NCBI GenBank assembly: GCA_021797085.1
Contig: JAKAAG010000001.1
Location: 6,814-70,813, forward strand
Length of the DNA stretch: 64,000 nt
Direction of reading: 5' to 3'
Source of the DNA: Nanobdellota archaeon
GTDB taxonomy: Archaea; Nanobdellota; Nanobdellia; Parvarchaeales; Parvarchaeaceae
Below are positions 1 to 9,401 of this stretch, one piece after another. A program made the translations under genes and the position numbers. The notes under the pieces are model-generated. The model searched no databases. It was not told the DNA's origin and saw only the letters and a list, made by a program, of their open reading frames with translations. Numbering within the stretch: the stretch's first letter is position 1; every line of letters starts with the position of its first letter.

Positions 1-98
1 TGCAAAAGATCAACGGCTGGGAGGTATTTGTCAGCCTTTTAAAACAAAACAAGTTTTTTACTGCTATTCCGGTTGTAATTTTCTCCGCTTATGTTTAT

Positions 99-518
99 TT
101 GTTTATGCATGACAAAGTGGGGATCTCAGCATTTTTTTCCTTTTACCCTTTATTTGACATTGTAAGTGCATTTTTTCTTAGCTTTATGATAAGTTTTATA
201 ATCGCTATAAATTACTACATAATAAAAGCAAGAAAGAACGCAAATAAAAGAAACACGGCATGGGCCATATTCTTCAGTTTATTGTCTACCCCGTTTTGCT
301 GCAATGTTTTAATCCCATTGTTTATTGCATTCATATTCGGATCTGCGGCTCTTTCACCTGTATATGACACTGCGCAGATTTTACTTGTTGATTATGACCC
401 GTTGATAATTGCAGTATCTATAGTTATTATATACATATTTTATCAAAGATCACTGAACGCTTTTCTAGGCTGCAAAATAAAACTATATATAAACAAAAAT
501 CAGAGAAGTCTTAATTGA
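99..518 (+). CDS. hypothetical small integral membrane protein
   Basis: Hydrophobic 139-aa ORF; no recognisable motif. Confidence 0.3.
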   Translation: MFMHDKVGISAFFSFYPLFDIVSAFFLSFMISFIIAINYYIIKARKNANKRNTAWAIFFSLLSTPFCCNVLIPLFIAFIFGSAALSPVYDTAQILLVDYDPLIIAVSIVIIYIFYQRSLNAFLGCKIKLYINKNQRSLN

Positions 519-528
519 ATTAAATTTG

Positions 529-1536
529 TTATCTTAACTTTAATCTGCCTTTTTTAAATGGGCTCTTTGCAGTCGTTTTTATTCCTTTTTTCTGCGGCAG
601 GAATATCTCTGCAAGCATACACCTTATGCTACCGCCACCGCATTCCTCTATTGTGCTAACATCTATGCTTATTATGTCACAGTATTTTTCTATCTCATCT
701 TTTTGTTCTTTTGACAGTGAGCCTAAAGCTCTTTTGGAGATTACCAGCTTCTTGTTTCCAGCGGAATCCAACAATTCCAATGCATTGCCGGCAAAATTCA
801 GCATCTGTTTAAACGTTAATTCAATCAGATTTTTCCCAGATTCTTTAATAGTCGAAACAACGGCTTTTTTCTCATCCTCATCTTTTATTGAATCCAAGCA
901 GACAATGGCAAACTTCCCACCTAGTGCCATCATAACATTTGTATGGTATATTGGAAAACCTGTTTCGTCAAAGGCGTGGAATTTTACAGGCCGGTATTTC
1001 ATTTCGCTGCAAAACTTGTTCAATACCTCCTCATTAGTTCTCTCGGAAAGACAGGCATAAGCTATCTTATTCTCATGATCAAGTACCAAGCTACCTGTTC
1101 CTTCCAAGAATTTATTCTTTTTTTCGTAATTGGTAAGATCTATCACCTTAGAGCAGGAAAACCCGTAAAGCGTGGAAAGGCTTTGAATTATGTCGGCTCT
1201 TCTTTCATTTCTTCTGTTCAATGCGAGCATTGGATAAACAACTGCTGTTCCGTCTTCATGAAACGATATCCAGTTATTTGGGAATATAGAATCGGGGGTG
1301 TCAACCTCCTTCAAATCATCAAAAACGAACACATTTATACCACTCATTCTAAGGGTTTCTACGGCGTTGTTAAATTCCTTAAGTGCCTGCAAATTAACCG
1401 AGGAATTTGTTTTTTTCTGGAATTTATTGGTTTTTGCCGTTTGCTCATTGAAGCCGAAATTATGCGGCCTTATCATCATTACATTGCTAGTCAATGCCTT
1501 TTCTTCCATTGCAGTTCTAAGCAAATAATCTAGCAA
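529..1536 (-). CDS. amidinotransferase-superfamily protein (arginine deiminase / DDAH-like)
   Basis: 335 aa. C-terminal GGGSIRCM resembles the catalytic Cys motif of the arginine deiminase/DDAH/amidinotransferase fold. Confidence 0.45.
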   Translation of the reverse strand: MLDYLLRTAMEEKALTSNVMMIRPHNFGFNEQTAKTNKFQKKTNSSVNLQALKEFNNAVETLRMSGINVFVFDDLKEVDTPDSIFPNNWISFHEDGTAVVYPMLALNRRNERRADIIQSLSTLYGFSCSKVIDLTNYEKKNKFLEGTGSLVLDHENKIAYACLSERTNEEVLNKFCSEMKYRPVKFHAFDETGFPIYHTNVMMALGGKFAIVCLDSIKDEDEKKAVVSTIKESGKNLIELTFKQMLNFAGNALELLDSAGNKKLVISKRALGSLSKEQKDEIEKYCDIISIDVSTIEECGGGSIRCMLAEIFLPQKKGIKTTAKSPFKKGRLKLR

Positions 1537-1649
1537 CTGCTAAAAACTATTTAAAGAATAGAACTTATATTTAAATGTTTAAACCGCTTTCAAAGGGTAT
1601 TTTTAGAGTTAAAAATTAAAAGCAGCATTAATGAATAAAAATGAAAACC

Positions 1650-1761
1650 TGGGGTTGCCAGGATTTGAACCTGGGTCAAGCGGTTTCTTCTTAATCATCC
1701 TTAACGTCATTTTTCCAGACAAGCTGGAGCCGCCTATTCTGCCTGGTTAGACTACAACCCC
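1650..1761 (-). tRNA. tRNA-Trp (anticodon CCA) with an ~39-nt intron in the anticodon arm
   Basis: rc reads GGGGTTG...GGCGG-CTCCAG(C)...intron...CCGCT-TTGAC-CCAGGTTCAAATCCTGG-CAACCCC-A. Acceptor and T-arm are canonical; intron sits at/after position 37/38. Confidence 0.7.
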
Positions 1762-2292
1762 TTAAGTGAATATTTTGTACTTATCCTTGTTTTCGAGTTC
1801 TTCTTCTATCCTATTTTCTATGCTTTTTGCTATACCGGATGTAAAGCCTACTCTCTCATCAAAATCGCTATAGGATTTGAACTCCCCCTTATTCCTTTCT
1901 TCTATGATCTTTTGGACCATTTTTTTACCAGCGCCAGGTATAAGCGCCAATGAATGCAATCTTACATTTATCGGCCCCAACCTATTTATTATCGATATGT
2001 AATTTGCCTCATTTTGGCTAACTATCTCATGTATTTTATCACTAAGCATTTGAAGGCCGTTACCGTTTAGCTTATCGGGGGTTATCCGCTGTATTATATG
2101 GTGTACTTCCTCTCTTTTGTTTTCTCCTATGTAGACTTTCATGCCTGGTTCTACTTTTACGTCTTTTTTGAGGGCCACAAGCAATAAGCCAAGTGAATCC
2201 GTAAGAACTATTGCAGTGGCTTTCCTGTCCTTTGAATCTTGCAGACCAAAAGGAAGGTATTCTAAAACATAAGCGTATTCGTCTTTTCCCAT
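1762..2292 (-). CDS. DUF655-family HhH nucleic-acid-binding protein
   Basis: HhH motif LALIPGAGKKMVQKI. Sits in the conserved archaeal DUF655-rpoF-L21e cluster. Confidence 0.55.
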   Translation of the reverse strand: MGKDEYAYVLEYLPFGLQDSKDRKATAIVLTDSLGLLLVALKKDVKVEPGMKVYIGENKREEVHHIIQRITPDKLNGNGLQMLSDKIHEIVSQNEANYISIINRLGPINVRLHSLALIPGAGKKMVQKIIEERNKGEFKSYSDFDERVGFTSGIAKSIENRIEEELENKDKYKIFT

Positions 2293-2314
2293 AGTATTAA
2301 GGATTATTTCAAAG

Positions 2315-2638
2315 TTATAAATGCTTTTTTAGCACTGTTAGAATGGCTTTTAGGTCCTCTTCCTTTACATTCAATTTTAAAGGTGAAATGATTGCCCTTA
2401 TTTGATCAATAGAAGCTGGAGAAACATCGATTATCATCCTTAAGTAATCATCCCTTATGTTAAGATTTAAAGCGGAGAGCTCTTCGAACACGCTGTCAAA
2501 ACTGTCTATCTTTATGTTTTTCTGTGTATGATCCATTAGTTTTTTACCTATTTCAGAGCCTTTGTCTACGAAATCAAGGTATTTCTCCTTTACCTCTGTT
2601 TCGCTTAAAAACTTCTCATCTATTATTTGATATTCCAT
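2315..2638 (-). CDS. rpoF: DNA-directed RNA polymerase subunit Rpo4 (RpoF)
   Basis: 107 aa. Position between L21e and DUF655 matches conserved archaeal synteny. Sequence similarity not independently verified. Confidence 0.45.
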   Translation of the reverse strand: MEYQIIDEKFLSETEVKEKYLDFVDKGSEIGKKLMDHTQKNIKIDSFDSVFEELSALNLNIRDDYLRMIIDVSPASIDQIRAIISPLKLNVKEEDLKAILTVLKKHL

Positions 2639-2639
2639 A

Positions 2640-2933
2640 TTAGAGTCTTTTCATATGAACTGGTAAAATGTCTATTCTTTTAAGGCTTTTACCCTGTTGT
2701 TTTACCTCCACGGTATATGCTTTTCCTTTCTTTTCTACTATCCTACCAACTGAACCGAAAAAGCTTCTCTGTGGCAGGTTTCTCTGCACCCTTGAATCAG
2801 GATCCACTATGATTTTATCCCCTATCTCAAAAGACTGCAAGGCTTTCTTTATGTCTACCTTTCCTCTTTCTTTTACATCAAGCTTAAGCCTTTTCCTTGA
2901 ACGTTTGTGCAAACCATTTCCTGTTATTGACAT
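2640..2933 (-). CDS. rpl21e: 50S ribosomal protein L21e
   Basis: 97 aa, basic. N-term GxxHKRSRKR and overall L21e-like sequence. Confidence 0.7.
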   Translation of the reverse strand: MSITGNGLHKRSRKRLKLDVKERGKVDIKKALQSFEIGDKIIVDPDSRVQRNLPQRSFFGSVGRIVEKKGKAYTVEVKQQGKSLKRIDILPVHMKRL

Positions 2934-3012
2934 AATTCTATTTTATAAAGCTCCTTAGTATTTATACTTTTTTAAGCACAAGTACAAGTGCGGATTTAAA
3001 CTTTAGATATAG

Positions 3013-3095
3013 TGCAGAGGGAGGGATTTGAACCCTCGAAGGCCTAAGCCATAAGGTCCTTAGCCTTACACGTTTGACCGCTTCGCTACCTCTGC
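3013..3095 (-). tRNA. tRNA-Leu (class II, long variable arm); anticodon loop CTAAGGA reads 5'-AAG-3'
   Basis: rc reads GCAGAGG-TA-GCG..CGT-G-TAAGG-CTAAGGA-CCTTA-TGGCTTAGGCCTTC-GAGGGTTCAAATCCCTC-CCTCTGC; discriminator A. Confidence 0.75.
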
Positions 3096-3194
3096 ATGAT
3101 AGTTTAAAATAAGCTTGCATAATAAAACGCTTACTGTAAGATAATCTATTTATAGTATAAAAATAGTTTTATACGTTTAAAACAATTTTAAAGC

Positions 3195-4355
3195 ATGGTA
3201 TTGAACATAATAATAGAGATTCTTGTAGTATTATCTGTATCTATAATAATGGGGGAGCTGTTTGAACAGCTTAAATTTCCATCAGTTGTGGGCTACCTTA
3301 TAGCTGGCTTAGTTATAGGCCCCTTTGTTTTCAATTTCATACAGAACAATAGTGAATTACAGGCCCTTTCTTCTCTTTCTCTTTTCTTTATAATTTTCCT
3401 GTTAGGAATAGAAATGAAAACAGAATCGGTCATAAAATACCTCAAGCCTTCTATTAAAATGTCAACTACTAGTTTTATCCTACCATTAGTTCTTTCTACG
3501 CTTCTTTCCGTTGTTTTATTGCATTTTGGATTAAGACAAAACTTTATAGTTTCGCTTTCAATAGCAGTACCATCAATATCAATAGTATCTGTTCTTGTAA
3601 TGAAGTACAGGCTTGCAAGAGATCCGAAAGGAATAACAATTATAGGTTCAGTAGTTATAACAGATGTAATAGCATTTCTATTACTTGGCATAACCTACAA
3701 AAGCGCATTGAACGCAATATTGGTAGTTATCTATTTCATAATCTTCCTTCTTGTATTCTTGAATGTAGACAAGATACTAAATAGGGGAAGCAAGAAACTA
3801 AGAATGCGGCTTACAAAATCCAGAAAGATACTGAAAAGCGAGCACTTTGGGTATGCAATGATAATAATCATAGGGTTGCTAATCGGGGGGATATCCCAGC
3901 TTATAGGTATAAACTACATAATAGGAGTTTTCTTTGCTGGCTTGATAATACATGAAGGGCTTATAGGGAGAACTCTGTTCAGAAAAGTCAGAAAGACAAT
4001 AAAAAGGATGAACGATGGTTTCTTCATACCTCTTTTCTTCAGCATAGCTGGAATCGATGTTGCATCATTTCGTTCTCTTGAAGGTTTTCTTCCGGCAATA
4101 CTGGCCATATCCCTTGCCGTTATAGCTTTTTCAATAGTACTTAACTACTACTCTTCCGGAAGAATCATGAAAATAAAGAAAAGGTCTTGGAAAATAAAAA
4201 CCAGCGCAATAATAAATGGAAGAGGCGCAGTGGGTATAGCAATTGCCACCGTCGCATTTGAAATAGGCGTAATAACAAACTCAGCTTATTCAATAGCAAT
4301 ACTGGCAACCATAATCATATCAATAGTGGCCACTTCGCTTCTCCGCAATACTTGA
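3195..4355 (+). CDS. monovalent cation:proton antiporter (CPA2/KefB-NapA type)
   Basis: 386 aa, about 12 TM segments. N-term GELFEQLKFPSVVGYLIAGLVIGP is typical of Na+/H+ exchangers. Confidence 0.6.
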   Translation: MVLNIIIEILVVLSVSIIMGELFEQLKFPSVVGYLIAGLVIGPFVFNFIQNNSELQALSSLSLFFIIFLLGIEMKTESVIKYLKPSIKMSTTSFILPLVLSTLLSVVLLHFGLRQNFIVSLSIAVPSISIVSVLVMKYRLARDPKGITIIGSVVITDVIAFLLLGITYKSALNAILVVIYFIIFLLVFLNVDKILNRGSKKLRMRLTKSRKILKSEHFGYAMIIIIGLLIGGISQLIGINYIIGVFFAGLIIHEGLIGRTLFRKVRKTIKRMNDGFFIPLFFSIAGIDVASFRSLEGFLPAILAISLAVIAFSIVLNYYSSGRIMKIKKRSWKIKTSAIINGRGAVGIAIATVAFEIGVITNSAYSIAILATIIISIVATSLLRNT

Positions 4356-4393
4356 TATAACTTTTAACGCCTTTTGATTCATACAAAATAAAT

Positions 4394-4467
4394 TGGGGTG
4401 GCTGGGATTTGAACCCAGGTCAACTAACCCCCGAAGCTAGCATCATACCAAGCTAGATCACCACCCC
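4394..4467 (-). tRNA. tRNA-Pro (anticodon CGG)
   Basis: rc reads GGGGTGG-TG-ATC..GAT-G-CTAGC-TTCGGGG-GTTAG-TTGAC-CTGGGTTCAAATCCCAG-CCACCCC-A. Confidence 0.75.
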
Positions 4468-4493
4468 ACATAGGATACTTATTATATAAATCC

Positions 4494-5525
4494 CTAATTA
4501 ATCTTTCTGTATTCGGGGTAAGTGCCGATTCCCATTATTACACTGTCTGTTTTAATTGCAACTCCTTTTTTAACGGTTTTTATTTCTTCTGTCGACAATA
4601 CAGATTTACCAAGTGCTATCAGTTCACCTTTCAGCGTCATTATACCTATAACTTCATCTTTTTCGAAATTAGTAAGTTTAACTATGCCTGGAACAGCAAG
4701 TGGAGAACCATGACAAATTGGATCTACTGCAGTATCTGAGATAAAAACCTTTGGCAAGAAGTCTATTGCTGATTCTATGCTACCAAGGCATTTGTTTAGC
4801 AGCCTGTCATCATTTTCCTTTTCATAAAAATAGACTGCATCCTCTAAATCTTGCAGTGTAACCAAGTTGTCTTTTTCTGACAGCGTTGAAACCTTTGTTC
4901 TTCTTAGCTCTGTCATGTGTGCACCGACTTTCAGTTCTTCCCCCATGTCATGTATAAGCTTTCTTATGTAAGTTCCGGATTCTACACCGACTTTAAAAAG
5001 TACATTCTTTCCGTCTATCTCCAATATCTCAGAATAGTATATCTCTCTCTGCCTATACTGCCTTTTAACATGCGATCTAACTGGGGGCAATTGCATTATT
5101 TTTCCTATGAACTTGTTAAACGTATCTCTAAGTAATTGCTCATCAACCTCACTGTGCAGATGCATCAGAGCTATGTATTCCTTTCCTCCAAAAAGAAGCA
5201 CTGGGAGAACCTTCGTAGCGTTGTTTATGGCTAGGGGCAAAAGACCAGTTACATTGGGATTTCTTCAATCTTCTAAAGTCCCTGAGTAACCCATCTTATT
5301 GGCGCCTAATGTTGCCATAAGGTTCTTTGCTATGTAGGCTGCGGTCTTGGACCTTATACCTGCTGGCTTGTCCAGAAGTATAAAACCGTAGTTTATCCTC
5401 TCCTTTATGCTTCTGTCCTTTGGAGCTTTGCCGTATCTGCTGTCGGTTTCTTCCTCTCTCAAGGAAAAGATTTCATGCTTGAAATCCTCCAAAGGCAGTT
5501 TCATTTTATTTAATCGTAGGTTCAA
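4494..5525 (-). CDS. cbf5: tRNA/rRNA pseudouridine synthase Cbf5 (TruB + PUA) interrupted by an in-frame TGA at 5265-5267
   Basis: ORFs 5265..5525 (GFILLDKPAG...GYSGTLED*) and 4494..5240 (…NPNVTGLLPL…GKEYIALMHL…PUA) are in the same frame. Conserved Cbf5 sequence continues straight across the stop. Confidence 0.6.
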
Positions 5526-5614
5526 AGATTAAAACCTTGCTTTTTATGTCATCTACTAATTTATCTTCAAAAAACGGAATTTAATGTGCTTTGGTTAAAA
5601 TTACAAATATGTTA

Positions 5615-6175
5615 TTAATTATTTGTCTTTTGCTGGTGCATTATATAATCGGAGCAAAGCTGCACAACACTTTCTAGGTCTATATTCGAAGAGTCAATAA
5701 CCAAATTAAAAGGGGTAAAGTCTTTGTCTATTTCTATTTTATATATTTTTTTGTAGATCTGTTTTGTAAGCAAGTCCTTCTCCTTCATAAATTTCAAGGC
5801 TTCGCTGAAGCTTATCTTATCGCGGGTACTTACTCTTTTTGCCCTAACATTTTCATCTGCCTTTATGTATATCTTTATTGTGTCCCTGTCCTTTATCTTC
5901 CAAGGTGCTACCCAGCTGTCAAGAACTACGTCCTTTTTTGTTTTAAAAAATGAAAGAATAAACGAATCAAGCCTTTTGTCATACTGCGGATTTTTCAACC
6001 TGAACTTCACAGCCTCTATCCCTTTTTTTGACTCCCAGACCATAAAATCCTTTTTTGGAAGTAGGTTCTTCAATTTAGAACTGGCAGAAAAATATTCAAT
6101 TCCAAAGTTAAGAGCAAGAGTAGTTGCAACGCTTGATTTACCCGAAGCTGTAAGCCCTGAAACTATCACTTTCAT
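5615..6175 (-). CDS. cmk: cytidylate (nucleoside monophosphate) kinase, archaeal type
   Basis: P-loop GLTASGKSS. 186 aa. Sits immediately upstream of cbf5 as in many archaea. Confidence 0.5.
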   Translation of the reverse strand: MKVIVSGLTASGKSSVATTLALNFGIEYFSASSKLKNLLPKKDFMVWESKKGIEAVKFRLKNPQYDKRLDSFILSFFKTKKDVVLDSWVAPWKIKDRDTIKIYIKADENVRAKRVSTRDKISFSEALKFMKEKDLLTKQIYKKIYKIEIDKDFTPFNLVIDSSNIDLESVVQLCSDYIMHQQKTNN

Positions 6176-9100
6176 GATTGATTAATAGGCGTATTATTTA
6201 TAAGTTTACTGTATTTTGCAAATACTGCGGGCAGGTAGCTTAAATTATCGCAGTAGTTCTGCGCTGAAGGCGAAACAGAGCATTCGCCTGTAAGCATGTA
6301 TTTGCTAAGAGCAGTATAGTTTATCTGATAAACATTTACATTCGTAAGCACCTGATTTTCTATGCTTAACAAGGAGTTTACTGGCAGGTTATCACTGTAA
6401 AGTAACTTAAAGCCAGGTATGCTTTCATTTAGCAAATAAAGCTTATCAAACAATGTATCCAGCGTTTCATTCGGCATGTACAACAAAGCAGGGCCGTTGC
6501 CAAACTGTGACATGTTTATCGGAAGGATTTCATATCCGCCAGGAGCTTGAGGTACGCCTCCAATGTGGAGATCAACTGAATTTGTAGCATTCAAAAGCAT
6601 CATTCCGCCAGGTATGCTGTCATTTGCAACTTCTTTACAACCTACACTGTAAACACAGTTGTAATCCAAAGGCAACGGATTAGAGAACTGCGCAGTAAGT
6701 TCATTGTACAGTATACCATAGGGATTTCCCATGCTTGTGATTACCCCATTGCTGCTTGCATTAAGCGGCAGAAGAATCTCGACCAAAAGATCGTTGTTTG
6801 CATTGCCTGGCAAACCAGGTATTGTTGCATTTGAATATAGAGGAGCTATCTGTCCATTTACATTTCCAAATTCAAGTAGGTACTTGTAACTTTGATTTCC
6901 TATATTTTGACTGTTTACAGTTACATTAGTTTCCGTCATTGGAGTAAAAGATGTCGGCTTCAAAGCAATAGTTGAGATAGCAGAGAACTTCTCTACTTCG
7001 CTGCCACTTATTACTGCATACGTTGGCTGATGTATATAGTGAAGATAAGTTGAATAGATGTAAGGGGAAGTTGCCTCAAAAAAGTATTTCGCTATCATTG
7101 ATTGGTAACCATAAGCATTGCTTCCATCGGCTACAGCGGTTCTATTTGCTATTGCCTCTTCCCAATAACCATAATCCCACCATGATATTATTGAGGTATT
7201 GACAGGAGTATTTTGACTAATCCACTGCATAGTAGGCCCCCAGAGTAGCAATCCGCTACCGCTTGACTGTGCAGTCTGATATGACAATGAAAGACTTGAA
7301 TGAAGGTCCGCAGCAACGAAAGCTATTGCTATTATGATTATAACTGCAGAAACAACTGCCATGTTCCTCGGAGAATTCTTAAAGAATCTATTCGTAATGT
7401 CTATTGAGCCTCTGAAGAAATAAACTATTGCAAATGGTATTATTATAGCAGCCGCTAATTCAGTCGGCTCAAGAAGCCTGCTCTCAACGTTTGAAAGTAT
7501 AACCGTTGCAACAAAGAAAAAGAAAGGTATTATCGCAAGCAAAGACAGCAAATTTACGTCTTCCTGCTTGTCAAATGCAAACTCTAATATGAATATGACT
7601 ACAAGTGCTACAGCACCGTATTTATAGTTGTTTGCAGATGAATTCATGTTCCATATAACAATAAGCATTATCAATGAGATCAAAGTAAGGAATAAGACAA
7701 GACTTAGAACTCTCTTTGATTCTATCTCATTTTTATGCAGGAACAAGTAACCTAAAGGTATAAAATCCAAAGCTATGAATATAAACAAGAATGAATATGA
7801 AGTTGCATTATAGCTGAATGTTCCCCCGTTAAGCATAAGTATGAACGGAACGCTTAAAAGGAAAGGTATATACCAGTGCCTAAACCGTCTCAGTACAATA
7901 TAAAGAAGGAATACTGCGCCTGCGCAGAATAAAAGGAAATTTATACCTAATGAACCTAATAGGAAATTGAAATCCTGTACTCTCTGAGTCAAATTCAATG
8001 GTGCATACTCGGCAATTGTTTCTGTAACAGGATTTACTATGCCTACGCCTAATGGATGAATGAACTCAGAAGCAATCCTTGAAAAGGCATGCTTTAATGT
8101 ACTCAAGCCGGTAAGAGCAACCAAAAGCAAAGAAATCACTATGCTGTATATTGCGACTGAAAAGCCGTTGTTTATAAGCGGTATTTTAAGCTTATGCTTG
8201 TATCTGTCATAAACTATCAGCTTAAAGAGCACTAAGACATAGGAAAACAACATTGGGTAATAAAGAGCGCTGTGTATAACATCTGAGAAGGTAAAGGTAA
8301 CAAAACTTACTTTTATCGGAACCCAGATTGCAAATAGGAGGTAGGCAAGCAGGTCTCCTTTTTTAGCATATCCAAGCAAAACAATTATTATATAGATTAT
8401 TGGTATAACAAGAATAAGATACTCACTATATCCACTTGCAGCAGTCGCTAATCCTGTAGCTATTCCCGTAGCCAAACCGTAAATCATTTTGCTTCTGGTT
8501 CTTTTAGATTTAAGGGATTTTGACAGGAAGAAGATTGCCAGCAGGATAAACATAAAACCAAGAGAGGTTTTCTGCGTAAAACCTGCAGTAGAACGGCTTA
8601 AAAAGGTAAGAAAGGCGGGTAGAATAAATGCACTTATGCTCGCTACCCAGTAATCTCCAAACAATTCCAATGCTATAAGGAAAAGAAGCAGAGCCGAAAA
8701 GATGGCAAAGAATGCAGGTAGAAACATAAATGAGGTCATTGGTACTGCACCTTTTACTATTGGATCAACGAGCCTTGCTGAATACGCACCGAAGAATGAT
8801 ACCAAAAGCTCATCTCCTCTAGACGGCAAACCTATCGGTAAGTATTCTAAGTAGTTTACTGCTGGAACGTTACCGGTTTTAAGGATATTCTGCATTTGTA
8901 TGTAAAATGTATAAGGATCCAAACCTGAAAGAGAACCACCCATACCTAGATAATTATTTCCTATCAAGGGAGAGTTTGACTGCAAGGGGTTCAGCAAAGC
9001 TGGAATGCTTGCAGTATGTACATACCAGCCGACTGTTACGGCAAGTATAAGAAGCAAGTAGAAAAGAACCTTTTTCTTTATTAAAATATTATAAGCGGCA

Positions 9101-9354
9101 TTGCCAAAACTTTTAAAACCAGATAAATTCAATTCTATTTCTATTTCGCTCACTTTCTTCTTAGAAACTTCTTCTTTTACCTGCTCTAGTTTTTCTGATT
9201 CCTTTTTAAGTTGATTTATCTTTTCTTCCTCTTTTTTTAACTCTGTTTCCTCTCTTTTAACCTGAACTTCCTCTTTCTTTATTTCCTGCTCAATCTTTCT
9301 TTCCTCTTTGGAAGCATCCTCTTCTATTCTCCTAAGTTCATCATTTTCGGCCAT
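6172..9354 (-). CDS. aglB: archaeal oligosaccharyltransferase AglB (STT3 homologue) with a Lys/Glu-rich N-terminal extension
   Basis: WWDYGYW motif, 13+ TM segments, large C-terminal domain rich in N-x-S/T sequons. The first ~75 aa are KE-rich coiled-coil-like. Confidence 0.85.
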   Translation of the reverse strand: MAENDELRRIEEDASKEERKIEQEIKKEEVQVKREETELKKEEEKINQLKKESEKLEQVKEEVSKKKVSEIEIELNLSGFKSFGNAAYNILIKKKVLFYLLLILAVTVGWYVHTASIPALLNPLQSNSPLIGNNYLGMGGSLSGLDPYTFYIQMQNILKTGNVPAVNYLEYLPIGLPSRGDELLVSFFGAYSARLVDPIVKGAVPMTSFMFLPAFFAIFSALLLFLIALELFGDYWVASISAFILPAFLTFLSRSTAGFTQKTSLGFMFILLAIFFLSKSLKSKRTRSKMIYGLATGIATGLATAASGYSEYLILVIPIIYIIIVLLGYAKKGDLLAYLLFAIWVPIKVSFVTFTFSDVIHSALYYPMLFSYVLVLFKLIVYDRYKHKLKIPLINNGFSVAIYSIVISLLLVALTGLSTLKHAFSRIASEFIHPLGVGIVNPVTETIAEYAPLNLTQRVQDFNFLLGSLGINFLLFCAGAVFLLYIVLRRFRHWYIPFLLSVPFILMLNGGTFSYNATSYSFLFIFIALDFIPLGYLFLHKNEIESKRVLSLVLFLTLISLIMLIVIWNMNSSANNYKYGAVALVVIFILEFAFDKQEDVNLLSLLAIIPFFFFVATVILSNVESRLLEPTELAAAIIIPFAIVYFFRGSIDITNRFFKNSPRNMAVVSAVIIIIAIAFVAADLHSSLSLSYQTAQSSGSGLLLWGPTMQWISQNTPVNTSIISWWDYGYWEEAIANRTAVADGSNAYGYQSMIAKYFFEATSPYIYSTYLHYIHQPTYAVISGSEVEKFSAISTIALKPTSFTPMTETNVTVNSQNIGNQSYKYLLEFGNVNGQIAPLYSNATIPGLPGNANNDLLVEILLPLNASSNGVITSMGNPYGILYNELTAQFSNPLPLDYNCVYSVGCKEVANDSIPGGMMLLNATNSVDLHIGGVPQAPGGYEILPINMSQFGNGPALLYMPNETLDTLFDKLYLLNESIPGFKLLYSDNLPVNSLLSIENQVLTNVNVYQINYTALSKYMLTGECSVSPSAQNYCDNLSYLPAVFAKYSKLINNTPINQS

Positions 9355-9401
9355 AATTCAAATATATAGAGAAATTACTACTGATTATTAAACCTTTCGA
9401 A

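Noticed and set aside
1687-1725. Box C/D guide RNA inside the tRNA-Trp intron
   Set aside because: Only partial C-like (GAUGAUU) and D-like (UGAC) matches are present. An intron of about 39 nt is too short to hold C, D', C' and D boxes with guide regions. Kept only as a remark in the intron finding.
5265-5267. Selenocysteine insertion at the cbf5 in-frame TGA
   Set aside because: The position is not a conserved redox site but a loop insertion next to the catalytic Asp. No SECIS-like hairpin is obvious downstream. Selenoproteins are absent from small-genome archaea of this type.
4494-5525. Reading cbf5 as two separate functional genes (N-terminal catalytic fragment plus PUA-containing fragment)
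   Set aside because: The break falls within the catalytic-loop region and both fragments are in the same frame separated only by the TGA plus 8 sense codons. A single interrupted gene is more parsimonious.
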